IMG/VR virus record: IMGVR_UViG_3300020045_002076
Location: 1 to 33,134 of that record
Source: a virus
Lineage: Duplodnaviria; Caudoviricetes
Length of the DNA: 33,134 nt
Direction: 5' to 3' (one strand)
The stretch's first letter is position 1. Every line of letters begins with the position of its first letter. The notes beneath the pieces are model-generated. The model worked only from the letters and a program-made list of their open reading frames with translations. It had not been told where the DNA came from and did no database searches. This document shows, one piece after another, positions 1-9,229 of the stretch. The position numbers and the translations under genes were made by a program.

Positions 1-187
1 TGATTTTCTTGCCATTGAAATACAGCTCTGTGAATTTTGGATCGAACTGACCAGCTTGTGCGATGACTTGCTCAACCCATGTTTTGTCTGTGTTGATTTC
101 ATAGCGCTTCTGCCGCGCTATTCCGTCGATAATTAATAGCGCTTTACCTTTGCTTTTCATGTGCTCAACTAGCGCGGTGCTTGTCAT
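1..187 (-). CDS. Tail tip / host-specificity protein, N-terminal fragment (runs off window)
   Basis: ATG at 187 overlaps the stop of the NlpC/P60 gene (ATGA); open frame MTSTALVEHMKSKGKALLIIDG... to the window edge; position after Dit/DUF1833/NlpC is that of the J-like tip protein. Confidence 0.7.
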   Translation of the reverse strand, partial: MTSTALVEHMKSKGKALLIIDGIARQKRYEINTDKTWVEQVIAQAGQFDPKFTELYFNGKKI

Positions 188-576
188 CCGATATACTCAT
201 AAAATTGCATGTCTGGATACAATTTTAACATAGCGGCGAGTCTGTCGCACCGTGTAGCTCCGTGGGCTGTGTTGTTCTTGCAGTGCAGGATGAATTTGCC
301 ATTCCCAACCACTACGCCAACGTGACAAGGTTCGTGCGTTAATTTATCAAAGCACATGAACGCGACACCCTGCTTTGCACTTGCCGTCTTCCAGTGTTGT
401 ACCTCTTGCATATAGCCTTGCAGGAAGTTTGCATCGTAGTCGTTGCAAAGCTCTATTCCTAAGACGTCTTTGTAATAACGAACAACAAGCGCCCAGCAGT
501 CGATTCCTTGCGTTGAGTTTCCACGCTCAAGCCATGGGGTTCCAACCCAATGCGAGATGAATTCTTGTTCTGTCAT
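184..576 (-). CDS. Tail tip assembly protein, NlpC/P60 family (lambda K-like)
   Basis: GTPW..RG....GIDCWALV motif with catalytic Cys, HVGV and ILH motifs; tail-tip synteny. Confidence 0.88.
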   Translation of the reverse strand: MTEQEFISHWVGTPWLERGNSTQGIDCWALVVRYYKDVLGIELCNDYDANFLQGYMQEVQHWKTASAKQGVAFMCFDKLTHEPCHVGVVVGNGKFILHCKNNTAHGATRCDRLAAMLKLYPDMQFYEYIG

Positions 577-586
577 GGTGCATTCC

Positions 587-1072
587 TTATGTATTCTGCA
601 AGCCCGGCCATTCGGTTATCTCATACAGCCTAGCCACTGACCGCGTCATCTGATTTAGTTTTTGCGCTTTAATGGTTACCGAATCAATCGACATCGAAAC
701 ACCTTCGCTGCTGATGTTTAGCTCGTAACCAAACATCAGCGTTCCGCCGTTTTCTTCTGACCAATGTTGGAATGTCGCAATAACAGGCTCAACCATTCTT
801 TTCCACGGCGGAATTGATTTAATTAGCGTCTCGATTTCGTCTCCAACCAATGCGCGTGCCATATCGACTTGAACCTCTGGCGTAGTTTCACCATCAACGA
901 CTGGATAGGTTATCTCTCCGTAACATGGCAAGTATTCGTTACCGTTAAGCGTGACCGAATCGTATTGATTGAAAACAACATAAACCGGAGAGAATGAGCT
1001 ATGACTTATCATCATAGTGTCGAACTCCATGATAGGATTTGCTGTTGTCCAGATTGTGGAGTTTGAGGTCAT
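587..1072 (-). CDS. Minor tail protein (DUF1833-like tail hub)
   Basis: 161 aa, ISH.SF near N-terminus, C-terminal ..Y....WPGL motif; between Dit and NlpC/P60. Confidence 0.75.
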   Translation of the reverse strand: MTSNSTIWTTANPIMEFDTMMISHSSFSPVYVVFNQYDSVTLNGNEYLPCYGEITYPVVDGETTPEVQVDMARALVGDEIETLIKSIPPWKRMVEPVIATFQHWSEENGGTLMFGYELNISSEGVSMSIDSVTIKAQKLNQMTRSVARLYEITEWPGLQNT

Positions 1073-1081
1073 CGTGGCACC

Positions 1082-1561
1082 TTAAATAATCGGCAAATAA
1101 TCATTAACAATCAAGTCAAACAAGCCCGCTTGCGTGTAGTAATCCGACTGCAGCAAGTCATATGAATCAAAGTAAACTTGCGGAATCGGTAACGCACGAA
1201 CAATGCCGGACGCCGTGTAACTGTAAACAGTCGAGCCTTCTGTAGTGCAAGGTACAAGACTATCAGGAAGTAATTGCACGGTGTGGTCAAGCAATCCAAA
1301 CTCTGTATTTAACTTTACAGTGAATGTATTGCGACCTTGGTTTAATCCGTCTTGATTATAAAACCACGCCGTAAACCGCTGCGCACCAAGTCGTGACATC
1401 CGCCACGCGATATCATATTGCACTGGTGCGTCACTGGATGTTTTCTTTATGCGAATAGGCCCAGCCAATGGCTGATACGCTCGAAACGTAGCCGCCTGCG
1501 AGCGGCTAGTTTCAGTCAATAATGGCAGTGGTACGTTTTCAGGATAGGCGACTATTGCCAT
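1082..1561 (-). CDS. Distal tail protein (Dit-like minor tail protein)
   Basis: Directly after tape measure; YP..VPLPL N-terminus and F.AWF...L..G..F motif. Confidence 0.72.
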   Translation of the reverse strand: MAIVAYPENVPLPLLTETSRSQAATFRAYQPLAGPIRIKKTSSDAPVQYDIAWRMSRLGAQRFTAWFYNQDGLNQGRNTFTVKLNTEFGLLDHTVQLLPDSLVPCTTEGSTVYSYTASGIVRALPIPQVYFDSYDLLQSDYYTQAGLFDLIVNDYLPII

Positions 1562-4125
1562 TATCTAGCCCTCGATTGCAGGTTTGTTGTCCGGTTAAAT
1601 GCTGAGTAAATTCTACCACGCTTCTCGCTGATTGACTTGCTTACGGTTTGCTCTACTAATATGCGCATTTGCTTTCCGTCCGCACTGGTGTTGTGCGATA
1701 CGCTAGCACCTGATGTGTTAACAATGCTGACGTTTTGACTAAAACCTCCGCCTCCCATACCGACCATTGGTGTAACCTGTCCCCCGCCGTCGCCGGGCAG
1801 CAGATAGTTTCTTCCGCCCTGAGTGAATACTTCTGCGTGTCCGTTTTCGCCAACTCGATACATGCCGCCAGCGTTTACGCCACCACCGAACTGACGGGCA
1901 CCAGCAATACCAACAAGCTGAGCTGATGCCAACCCTGACTCTAAAGTTGCCAGCCCTGTTGCTGATGCTCCACCCATCGTCGCAACGTTCGCCATAAAAG
2001 CAGCAGGAGCATAAGCGCTAGTTATTGCCGCCGATGTAGCTGTTGCGGTGGCCACATTAGCAGCTTGCATAGCTTGACCTACCATCTGATTTTTTAGCGC
2101 CTCAATACCCATACTGACTAGCGCGCCAACAGCCTGATTCAGAATGATGTTAGCAAAATTCTGCATCGCCTCGGTGGCAGACATGGTTCCAGACGCTAAG
2201 CCTGCAATTGTGGTGGTTGCCGACTGGCCAAGCGCGTCCAAGCCGTCCATTAAAAATGTATTCCATTCTGACTGCGCTTTATAGTCCTCAATCGCTGCGG
2301 CTTGCTTGTCCTTGCGGTATTTCTCTTCTAGCTTACTTTTTGTTTTCTGGTATCGCGCATCGCTAGCGCCTGCCATCTTGTGGTAGTTTTCTAGCGCTTT
2401 CAGGTCTTCCTTGTATTGCGCGTCAACACCTTCTCCTTTCGTCCCTGTCTTGCTTTCTACAGTCTCAAATTTTTGCGTGGTCTGCACGTCTTCTGCTTGT
2501 TTCTTTTTGAGTTTATCAATCGCGGCGGTTTCTTCGTGAATTTTCAGAATGTTGGCCGCTTGCGCTTCGATTTGCTCTTTTGTTGCAGCCGCACCTAGTT
2601 GGCGTTGTGCCTCAAGTGTCGCTGACTCAATTGTGAACCTGCTTGTTGCTGCTGAGTTGTCGTCGATGCCTTTTTTTAGGTTGTTGTATTCAATGCCAAG
2701 CTGGGCTGCTTTGCTGGTGGTGTATTCCATTTTATCGGTGACTTGCTGCTGTGCATTTGCTGCTTGTTTTGCCGCTGCTGCGCGTTGCGATGCCGCTCGT
2801 TTTGCTTCTGCTGCTGCCTCTCGTTCTTTTTGTTGCTGCTTTTCTGCTGCATCAACCTGGTTTAATTGTGATTCAATATATTCCTGAGTTACTACATCCG
2901 CGCCTTGCATTGCTGCCGCGTGAGCAGCTAACTGCCCTCTGGTCTTTCCGATTGCAAATGCCGCCAAATCAGCTTGCTCTACAAGTCTTGCAATGGCATT
3001 GGCAGAACCTGAAAGCACAGACTCTGATTGTCCAGCGACTAAGCCTAGATTATTTAACGCATTCTTCATGAAATCAAACGATTCACCAGCTTGTACACCT
3101 TTCTGTGCGTTATCCAAAACGGTGTGCGCAAGCTGAGTGAATGAATCGTTAGCATAGTTATTCTGCTGATTTATGTTAGCCATAACATCAGCCAGATTTC
3201 TCATGTTGGCAGGTGTCTTGTTATCAGCTAACTGGTCAAATGCCCGCACCAATTGCAGCGATTGGTCAGCTGTGAGACCGAATTGATTTTCCAATCTGCC
3301 AACATAGTCATTCAGTATTGATACTTGGTCTAAAAAGTGAGCCGGAACATTTCCATCGAACACTTCAACAGATGTGATTCCAAATCTTTTTGCTATGAGA
3401 TCTAAATCATCCAACTGCGCTGATGCGTTTTTAATGTTGGTGTTATTAAAAAATGCATCAGCCTGCTCGGATGCCGCGCCTATAGCATCACCAGCTTGAG
3501 TTATTGCAACGCGAGACTGAGCCATACCTCTGGCTATTTCTGAGCGCGCAAGTGACTCACTAACCTTGGCAAGTTTAAGTATTTTTTCTGATAGCGTTTC
3601 TGTGCCATCTTCCGTTGTTTTCATGACGTCTTTTAATGACGCCATTGTCTCATCAAGCGCTTTAGATCTTTCTTCTGCGCTAGCAAATGACGGCACCAAA
3701 ACGGACGCTATTGACGCGCCTATAGCTACAATTAAACCAGCCACAGCGCCAGCCGCACCGAATACACCGAGGAATTGTGGGGCCTGTTGCGCCATGACGC
3801 GCATCCAGTTAGTCCCCATCTGCAGCTGCACCACAGCGTCTTGCATTTGGTAGCCAAATTGCTGAACAACAATGCCACCTCTTGACATGCTGGATGTTGC
3901 AGCTTTGACGCCAGCAGCCGTGGTTGTCATCTTTGTGTTTAATTGTGTAGACTTACCACCCAAATCAGTGAATGAGTCTCCTAGCGTGTCAGATGCTTTT
4001 GTTGTCTTTGATAGGCTTGTACTCATATCGGTTGATGCGGTATCAACCTTTGAGGCGGCAGTTATCAGTTTTGACGCATCCGCATCAATGGTAAATATCA
4101 GCGAACCAGCGCTATTCTCTGCCAT
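1561..4125 (-). CDS. Tail tape measure protein
   Basis: 854 aa Ala-rich, coiled-coil; GYQMQDAVVQLQMG...AQQAPQFLG N-terminal motif and ARQFGGGV...YRVGENGHAEVF C-terminal motif. Confidence 0.95.
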   Translation of the reverse strand: MAENSAGSLIFTIDADASKLITAASKVDTASTDMSTSLSKTTKASDTLGDSFTDLGGKSTQLNTKMTTTAAGVKAATSSMSRGGIVVQQFGYQMQDAVVQLQMGTNWMRVMAQQAPQFLGVFGAAGAVAGLIVAIGASIASVLVPSFASAEERSKALDETMASLKDVMKTTEDGTETLSEKILKLAKVSESLARSEIARGMAQSRVAITQAGDAIGAASEQADAFFNNTNIKNASAQLDDLDLIAKRFGITSVEVFDGNVPAHFLDQVSILNDYVGRLENQFGLTADQSLQLVRAFDQLADNKTPANMRNLADVMANINQQNNYANDSFTQLAHTVLDNAQKGVQAGESFDFMKNALNNLGLVAGQSESVLSGSANAIARLVEQADLAAFAIGKTRGQLAAHAAAMQGADVVTQEYIESQLNQVDAAEKQQQKEREAAAEAKRAASQRAAAAKQAANAQQQVTDKMEYTTSKAAQLGIEYNNLKKGIDDNSAATSRFTIESATLEAQRQLGAAATKEQIEAQAANILKIHEETAAIDKLKKKQAEDVQTTQKFETVESKTGTKGEGVDAQYKEDLKALENYHKMAGASDARYQKTKSKLEEKYRKDKQAAAIEDYKAQSEWNTFLMDGLDALGQSATTTIAGLASGTMSATEAMQNFANIILNQAVGALVSMGIEALKNQMVGQAMQAANVATATATSAAITSAYAPAAFMANVATMGGASATGLATLESGLASAQLVGIAGARQFGGGVNAGGMYRVGENGHAEVFTQGGRNYLLPGDGGGQVTPMVGMGGGGFSQNVSIVNTSGASVSHNTSADGKQMRILVEQTVSKSISEKRGRIYSAFNRTTNLQSRAR

Positions 4126-4847
4126 TATTTATCCCCCTTAGTCGCCAATTCTTTTAATGCTGCGTATTCTTCACGGCTGATTTCTTTTTCTTTCTTCTTG
4201 CCGCTTCTGCGGTCTAACATGCGGATAAGTCGCGTCATGGTTAGTTGTTCAGCCTCTGCAAATGGCATTTTCAGCAAATCAACCGCCACTTCCACAAACT
4301 CAGCGGGGTTGAATTCATCTGAATATTCGCCATCTTCCTTTTTCTCGCCGTCACCAACTACGCCATGCTTCATCATATGACGCGCAAGAATGATAATTTC
4401 TTTCGTATTAGCCTTGCCGATGGAATATAGCAGCTTACCGCGCACTGATTTGTATCCGCCAACGATAGGCGTTAAATCGCTTTCACCTCCGTAGCAGCAC
4501 CACAGGATATTAATGGCGGTAGGCAATATCTGCTTCAACAGTGTTTTGTAATATCGCCCGTAGATATCCGCTCCAGTCTGAAATTGCAGCAGCTCACCTA
4601 TAGCAACTAGGTGTGTGCCGTGATGCGCTATGAGCTCTTGCGCGCGCCGCTGTAAGTTATCAGTATCAGACCTGAAACCATCTATGTCTTTCAGTGCTGA
4701 TTCAATGCCAGCGCCGTGTAATTGCCCGAAAATCTCAATGATTTCCTTCGGGTCGCCAAGTTTTGCCATGTTTTTAAGTGACGGGCGAAATAGGTAGTCA
4801 GCGCCGTTAAACGTGATAACCGTATCGCCAGATGTAATATCAATCAT
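4125..4847 (-). CDS. Tail assembly chaperone (DUF6246-like)
   Basis: YLFRPSLKNMAKLG.PKEII N-terminus, EF...EFV..A...L.M...EAEQLTMT C-terminus; immediately upstream of tape measure. Confidence 0.7.
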   Translation of the reverse strand: MIDITSGDTVITFNGADYLFRPSLKNMAKLGDPKEIIEIFGQLHGAGIESALKDIDGFRSDTDNLQRRAQELIAHHGTHLVAIGELLQFQTGADIYGRYYKTLLKQILPTAINILWCCYGGESDLTPIVGGYKSVRGKLLYSIGKANTKEIIILARHMMKHGVVGDGEKKEDGEYSDEFNPAEFVEVAVDLLKMPFAEAEQLTMTRLIRMLDRRSGKKKEKEISREEYAALKELATKGDK

Positions 4848-4877
4848 GAAAAATTCTCGCTATGAAAGCATGGTGAC

Positions 4878-4886
4878 ATTTTATCA
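4878..4886 (-). promoter_or_regulatory. Extended -10 late-type promoter TGATAAAAT
   Basis: 31 nt upstream of chaperone start; one of 11 TGnTAnAAT sites upstream of minus-strand genes. Confidence 0.6.
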
Positions 4887-4924
4887 TTTTTTTGTGTTTC
4901 TGGCTTGATGTTGGTGTGAAGGTG

Positions 4925-4937
4925 TGTAATAGTTAAA
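4925..4937 (+). promoter_or_regulatory. Conserved island motif TGTAATAGTTAAA
   Basis: Exact copy; TTGATG -35-like element at 4905-4910; upstream of the 47-aa ORF. Confidence 0.7.
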
Positions 4938-4970
4938 TACAACGAAGCGATGCAAACTGGAGATACAAAA

Positions 4971-5114
4971 ATGGAATTAACATTCTTGGGATATGAAGAG
5001 GATTTAGCAGTTATTAAATCTGAATGCAATGAAGGTATTGAGATTCATTATTTTGATGCCGTAGAACAAAATGACATTGACTTATCTGAGCTTGAAAACT
5101 TCAAGTTAAACTAA
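4971..5114 (+). CDS. 47-aa highly acidic protein (moron), not in ORF track
   Basis: GGAG RBS, ATG 4971, TAA 5112-5114; MELTFLGYEEDLAVIKSECNEGIEIHYFDAVEQNDIDLSELENFKLN; own promoter motif and terminator. Confidence 0.8.
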   Translation: MELTFLGYEEDLAVIKSECNEGIEIHYFDAVEQNDIDLSELENFKLN

Positions 5115-5131
5115 GCCCCTTCCGGGGCTTA
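5112..5131. terminator. Hairpin terminator between convergent genes
   Basis: taagcccc-ttcc-ggggctta perfect inverted repeat. Confidence 0.75.
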
Positions 5132-5133
5132 TG

Positions 5134-5595
5134 TTACTTAACGGTATTAAGAATAGACCATTCTGCTGAGTACTTAATCACGTCATCATGGCTTGACGTA
5201 ATTGTGCATTTAGTTCCCATACAGAAGTGATAGCGAGTGCCAAATACGGGGCTAACTTCTTTAAGCCACATGTATGGCTCACCACCTTGAGATGTTGCAT
5301 CTGGATAGTTAATGGCCAGCTCTAACTCTGGAATATTGAAAGAGTCCTCGTTATAGGCAACACCATCGATTTTTAGCGTAGATTCAACAAACGTAACCAA
5401 CGATTGCTTCTTATAATTTGGAGAGTCAGAGGTTGTTGCGTCTGCCGTTGTCCATGACGAATCATTTTCCTTGCCGCGAGTTGCGCCAATGTATGACCAC
5501 GTTAATGAAGCAAGCTCAACAAGCGTTTTGCTATTTGCTGAACCTAAAGCAGGTGAAAAGCTATACGCCGTTGCACGGCCTACATATGCAGTCAT
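5134..5595 (-). CDS. Major tail (tube) protein
   Basis: W..IGATRGKE...SWTTADAT..DS...K.SLVTF motif typical of siphovirus tail tube proteins; synteny. Confidence 0.85.
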   Translation of the reverse strand: MTAYVGRATAYSFSPALGSANSKTLVELASLTWSYIGATRGKENDSSWTTADATTSDSPNYKKQSLVTFVESTLKIDGVAYNEDSFNIPELELAINYPDATSQGGEPYMWLKEVSPVFGTRYHFCMGTKCTITSSHDDVIKYSAEWSILNTVK

Positions 5596-5635
5596 TTGTT
5601 ATACCTCAAAAAGTTTGTAATATTACGTTTCGATT

Positions 5636-6013
5636 TTACCACACTAAGCAGCGTAAGTTAATTTGGCAGTATGGTCGGCCGTCTGTTGTGCGTTCGGTTA
5701 CCGAAATGTCATTAGTAACATCAAAAAGCGCAACGTTTCCTTGTTTGTAGTCTGGACTATCTGGTGACAGTTTTTTAACAATCGCGTCTGCCGCGTTCAC
5801 GACATAAGCCGCTAATTCGTTGATTTGGCCAATCAACAAAATGCGCACGAAAGGCTGCCTTATTGACGCATTACCGCCACCATCTGGCAACAATGCCATA
5901 TAACGCTCAGTTGCTGTTGTTGTGCTTTTTAGTTCGTATGGTTGAACTATAAAACCAGTTGTTAGGTTTTGCGCAACTAGGAAATCTTTCAGGTCTGCAA
6001 TGTGGTTGCTCAT
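5636..6013 (-). CDS. Tail terminator / tail completion protein
   Basis: 125 aa before tail tube gene; C-terminal T.DGRP...INLR motif. Confidence 0.7.
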   Translation of the reverse strand: MSNHIADLKDFLVAQNLTTGFIVQPYELKSTTTATERYMALLPDGGGNASIRQPFVRILLIGQINELAAYVVNAADAIVKKLSPDSPDYKQGNVALFDVTNDISVTERTTDGRPYCQINLRCLVW

Positions 6014-6363
6014 AACACCGCCTTCATAACCGCCAGCATTTCATCGCGGCTTTCTTTTGCTGATTCAGTTAACCAGTGGTCAATCGCAGAAGGCCGCTTC
6101 CAGTTTACGCCAACTTTCGCGTTAACTGCTGCAGCATAGTCTTGATGGAATTTAAGAATTGACACAACACGCATTTCACCAACAGCGCTTGTCTCAATGG
6201 TGCGATTATTGGCTAGCGCACTGGTATCAATCGGGATATTGGTGGCTTGATAACCATCAAGAACGGTAGCGCCTGCGTAAGTCATGCGAGCCATTTTTGT
6301 TTGAATTTCAGACAGAATAGCAGGCATGTTGTTGATTACTTTCACCGCGGTAATAGCCATCAC
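6010..6363 (-). CDS. Neck protein (HK97 gp10-like)
   Basis: PIDTSAL.N and DYAAAV motifs; synteny. Confidence 0.7.
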   Translation of the reverse strand: MMAITAVKVINNMPAILSEIQTKMARMTYAGATVLDGYQATNIPIDTSALANNRTIETSAVGEMRVVSILKFHQDYAAAVNAKVGVNWKRPSAIDHWLTESAKESRDEMLAVMKAVL

Positions 6364-6707
6364 ACAAACACCTTATACAAATCAGACGAATCAATAGCGG
6401 ACGCCGGGATGTGACCAACGCCAATCACCGGCATAACCGCAACCTGCATCGGGTCAGATTCCGTTGTCGTGCCGATATGAATTAAATCGCCAACTGACAC
6501 GCCTTGTAGGTATGGACTAAAGAATGTCGCTGTCGATACCACTTCTTGTCCTTGTGCGTTGCGTATCATCTTGTAATCTTGTTTGTACCAGCACTTAGCT
6601 GATACAGGCGCGGAATAAGTGGTAACACCTGTCCACTCGTCAACGCCGGATGTTTTCCAGTATGTGCAAGTTTCGGTTAGGAAATCTTCTGCTATGAAAT
6701 CACTCAT
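6360..6707 (-). CDS. Head closure / head-tail joining protein
   Basis: TCTYW...G.DEW.G...YSAP motif and G.EVVS motif. Confidence 0.72.
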   Translation of the reverse strand: MSDFIAEDFLTETCTYWKTSGVDEWTGVTTYSAPVSAKCWYKQDYKMIRNAQGQEVVSTATFFSPYLQGVSVGDLIHIGTTTESDPMQVAVMPVIGVGHIPASAIDSSDLYKVFV

Positions 6708-7095
6708 CGGCGGCCTGTCCTGACGTTACAGCAATAAAACCAAATCCAGTTCCGCTGGATGGAATTAGCGAACTAACAACACCTTCACTGTCTGCGGTCT
6801 CAATAGCCGACTCAAGCCAACGATAAGTCTCTTCTAGAGTTCCATACTTGTATGACTTTGACATCACGTCAAGCCCGACGGATGACACCTGGCGCACGCC
6901 ATTAATCGACAACATGGCGCACAAATACAGCTTAATCAGTCGAATCTTTGCGTCGGTATAGCCTGTAATATCAAAACCTGAATCAACAGAATTTGCAGTC
7001 TCAATGAACGCCTCGCTCTCGATGTCGGTTAGTGATTCGAATCCGAGCTTCTTTGTGAATGCTGCTAGTTCTGCTGCCGTTACTGTTGCTGTCAT
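6700..7095 (-). CDS. Head-tail adaptor protein
   Basis: 131 aa, VT..EL..F...G N-terminus, LIKLYL..ML...RQVSS...S.SY.Y motif; synteny. Confidence 0.65.
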   Translation of the reverse strand: MTATVTAAELAAFTKKLGFESLTDIESEAFIETANSVDSGFDITGYTDAKIRLIKLYLCAMLSINGVRQVSSVGLDVMSKSYKYGTLEETYRWLESAIETADSEGVVSSLIPSSGTGFGFIAVTSGQAADE

Positions 7096-7361
7096 TCTGC
7101 ATTCTCCATTTCTCCGCTATCGTTTTGATATCGCTTGATCTTGCGGTCTTGGTATTCCCAAATCAACCGAACGACACCATTAAACATCATCCAACTTACG
7201 CCAAGAATAGAGAATGCAGCGCCCCACCATGCGATATCAACGTTTTGTAGCCAACCAAGATAATGAGCTGCCGCCGTAGTGGCACCGGTCAATACACCAC
7301 TCTTACCAGCGGTCGTCGCTGCGCTGTCTGACGCTAATATGCTTGCTACCGTATTCATCAT
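7092..7361 (-). CDS. Small membrane protein, holin-like
   Basis: 89 aa, hydrophobic segments (IAWWGAAFSILGVSWMMFNGVV) followed by a charged C-terminal tail; ATGATG dual start. Confidence 0.5.
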   Translation of the reverse strand: MMNTVASILASDSAATTAGKSGVLTGATTAAAHYLGWLQNVDIAWWGAAFSILGVSWMMFNGVVRLIWEYQDRKIKRYQNDSGEMENAE

Positions 7362-7819
7362 AAATTAGCACCATGATTCTTTTTGTTATTCGATAACACA
7401 CGACCAATATTAGCGAGGCTAATATGCCTATTGTCATAGAACCCCGCCATAATTATCAATGCATTCAATATGCTAATTATAACAGGATAGGAAGTGTAAA
7501 AGATTGTTTCGTTTTCAGGTGAAGCGGTGGCATCAAAAAACATCACGCCTGTGTATAGCGAGAGCATGCCGACAGCGATAGTTGAATGCTTTATTTTAAG
7601 CGCATCAAAAACAATAAACCAAGCGACATACAGCATAAATAGGACGGCATAAAATATGTTAGGTGAATGCTGCATAGCCTCAATCTTGTTGAAATACTCG
7701 AACCAGACTTCTGATAATTCATCAACGACCGCACCAAAAAGCAGTATTGCGATAGTCATTGGTTTGTTAAATAGTAATGCTATAAAAGCGAATGTGATGT
7801 AGTAGATGCAATATTCCAT
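7358..7819 (-). CDS. Multi-pass membrane protein, unknown function
   Basis: 153 aa with 4-5 hydrophobic segments; GAGG RBS. Confidence 0.7.
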   Translation of the reverse strand: MEYCIYYITFAFIALLFNKPMTIAILLFGAVVDELSEVWFEYFNKIEAMQHSPNIFYAVLFMLYVAWFIVFDALKIKHSTIAVGMLSLYTGVMFFDATASPENETIFYTSYPVIISILNALIIMAGFYDNRHISLANIGRVLSNNKKNHGANL

Positions 7820-7828
7820 AGTAACCTC

Positions 7829-7850
7829 AAAAACGGGGCCTAAGCCCCAT
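7829..7850 (-). terminator. Intrinsic terminator-like hairpin after micropeptide
   Basis: Minus strand GGGGC-TTAG-GCCCC then GTTTTT. Confidence 0.65.
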
Positions 7851-7853
7851 TAT

Positions 7854-7901
7854 TTATTTCTTGCCCTTGCCGCCACGGCTTGGCTGACTTGATGTTGCCA
7901 T
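7854..7901 (-). CDS. 15-aa basic micropeptide MATSSQPSRGGKGKK
   Basis: AGGTGGGA RBS, TGTTAAAAT promoter at 7937-7945, ATG 7901, stop TAA, followed by a terminator. Confidence 0.55.
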   Translation of the reverse strand: MATSSQPSRGGKGKK

Positions 7902-7950
7902 GTTTTATCCCACCTAGTAGTTGTTGTTACCACAATATTTTAACACAGTT

Positions 7951-8793
7951 TTATGATGTTGCTACGCTTGGTGGTATTTCAGCAAACTCTATAGTTACTT
8001 TAATATCATTTGCAGCAGACGACAGGTTTGTTACCTTTGCCTCAAACCCTGTATTTTTTGGATAAATTGTGAACCCACTTTCACGACTTGATGTTCCCGC
8101 TTGAGCATTACCAACACCGGATGATCCTGCTCCCGTATACATTACAGGCCCAAAGTCAGTGCCTGGTGTTGTCACGGTGGCGAGATTAATAAGTGATGCA
8201 GGTGAAGTGTTAATTCTTCGGTTAACGTTATACGCTGGCTTTGCAGCACCGGGGGTAATCCCAGATGAGCCAACAAATAATCTATATTCAGCGCCTGAAT
8301 TTTTACTAGCTAAGTTACGGCTTATAATGGTTACCTCTTTGTCGGCAGGAGCAACAAATCTAATCCATTGGCTAGCTCCAGCGGCTAGCGCGTCAATCTC
8401 GATAATGCAGCGATACAGAATGCCAAGCAAGGCGAATGACTCAGCATTGGTGATAATAGATGTCTGCAATTTTGGCTGCGTAAGCGCTGGATATACGCGC
8501 ATTGCAGACTCTAAACTCCAATTATCAGCATACTGCAAATTAACAAAACCAGAACTAACGCACGCCATCCATATTTTAGTGTTAGGTGGGATGGTGATGC
8601 TTTCGCCGACATTTAACCATCTGCTTTGATTTTCTGCTGCTGCTGACGGTTGCAATGCAGAAACAGTGTAGCGGATTTGCTCTGTGCCGATATTAAAGGC
8701 GATGATTGGTATATTTGAGTTGAGACCTGAATTTGCCACAACGTCCGTAAATGATGGCGCTATGGCAACCGGCGCAATAAAATCTGATGGCAT
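7951..8793 (-). CDS. Putative virion accessory protein (head fiber / decoration-like)
   Basis: 280 aa Ala/Ser/Gly/Thr-rich, beta-rich appearance; late-type promoter at 8821-8829; located between capsid and neck genes. Confidence 0.55.
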   Translation of the reverse strand: MPSDFIAPVAIAPSFTDVVANSGLNSNIPIIAFNIGTEQIRYTVSALQPSAAAENQSRWLNVGESITIPPNTKIWMACVSSGFVNLQYADNWSLESAMRVYPALTQPKLQTSIITNAESFALLGILYRCIIEIDALAAGASQWIRFVAPADKEVTIISRNLASKNSGAEYRLFVGSSGITPGAAKPAYNVNRRINTSPASLINLATVTTPGTDFGPVMYTGAGSSGVGNAQAGTSSRESGFTIYPKNTGFEAKVTNLSSAANDIKVTIEFAEIPPSVATS

Positions 8794-8844
8794 GATGATG
8801 ACCTGTTATGCGTTTTGGTTATTATATCACCTTTTCACTGGCAT

Positions 8845-8869
8845 AAAAAAAGGCCTCATTCGGCCTTTT
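8845..8869 (-). terminator. Intrinsic terminator
   Basis: aaaaggcc-tcattc-ggcctttt with T7 tail on minus strand. Confidence 0.75.
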
Positions 8870-8885
8870 CTCGTTTCGCTTTACT

Positions 8886-9227
8886 CTAGCCCTGTAACAC
8901 AGCAGCGGTTAAACCAGCTGCGCCAGTGACAGTCACTGTTGTTCCAGCCATAAATTCTTTGCGTGAGTTAACATTTAGCACTTTGTGCGCACCAGCCGCA
9001 ACGGTTACATCAACGCCTGCGGACAACGACACAGAGCCAACGCCGTCAACTTGCTTTGTTGTTGCGCTAGAGCCTTTGACGTTGGCAGTTAGTGAGCCAC
9101 CCGTAGGGTTATGAAACAGGATGTACTCATTAGCTGAATATGTGATTGTGTCAGATGCTGTCAGTGTAGACATCGTGATAGCAAACGAGCCATCTTGCGT
9201 GATTGATTGTGTAGTAATTGCGGCCAT
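8886..9227 (-). CDS. Putative structural (capsid decoration-like) protein
   Basis: 113 aa Thr/Ala/Gly/Val-rich; downstream of major capsid. Confidence 0.55.
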   Translation of the reverse strand: MAAITTQSITQDGSFAITMSTLTASDTITYSANEYILFHNPTGGSLTANVKGSSATTKQVDGVGSVSLSAGVDVTVAAGAHKVLNVNSRKEFMAGTTVTVTGAAGLTAAVLQG

Positions 9228-9229
9228 GT

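Noticed and set aside
4125-5134. Programmed -1 frameshift tail chaperone (lambda G/GT)
   Set aside because: A single 240-aa ORF runs directly to the tape measure start; no overlapping two-ORF arrangement
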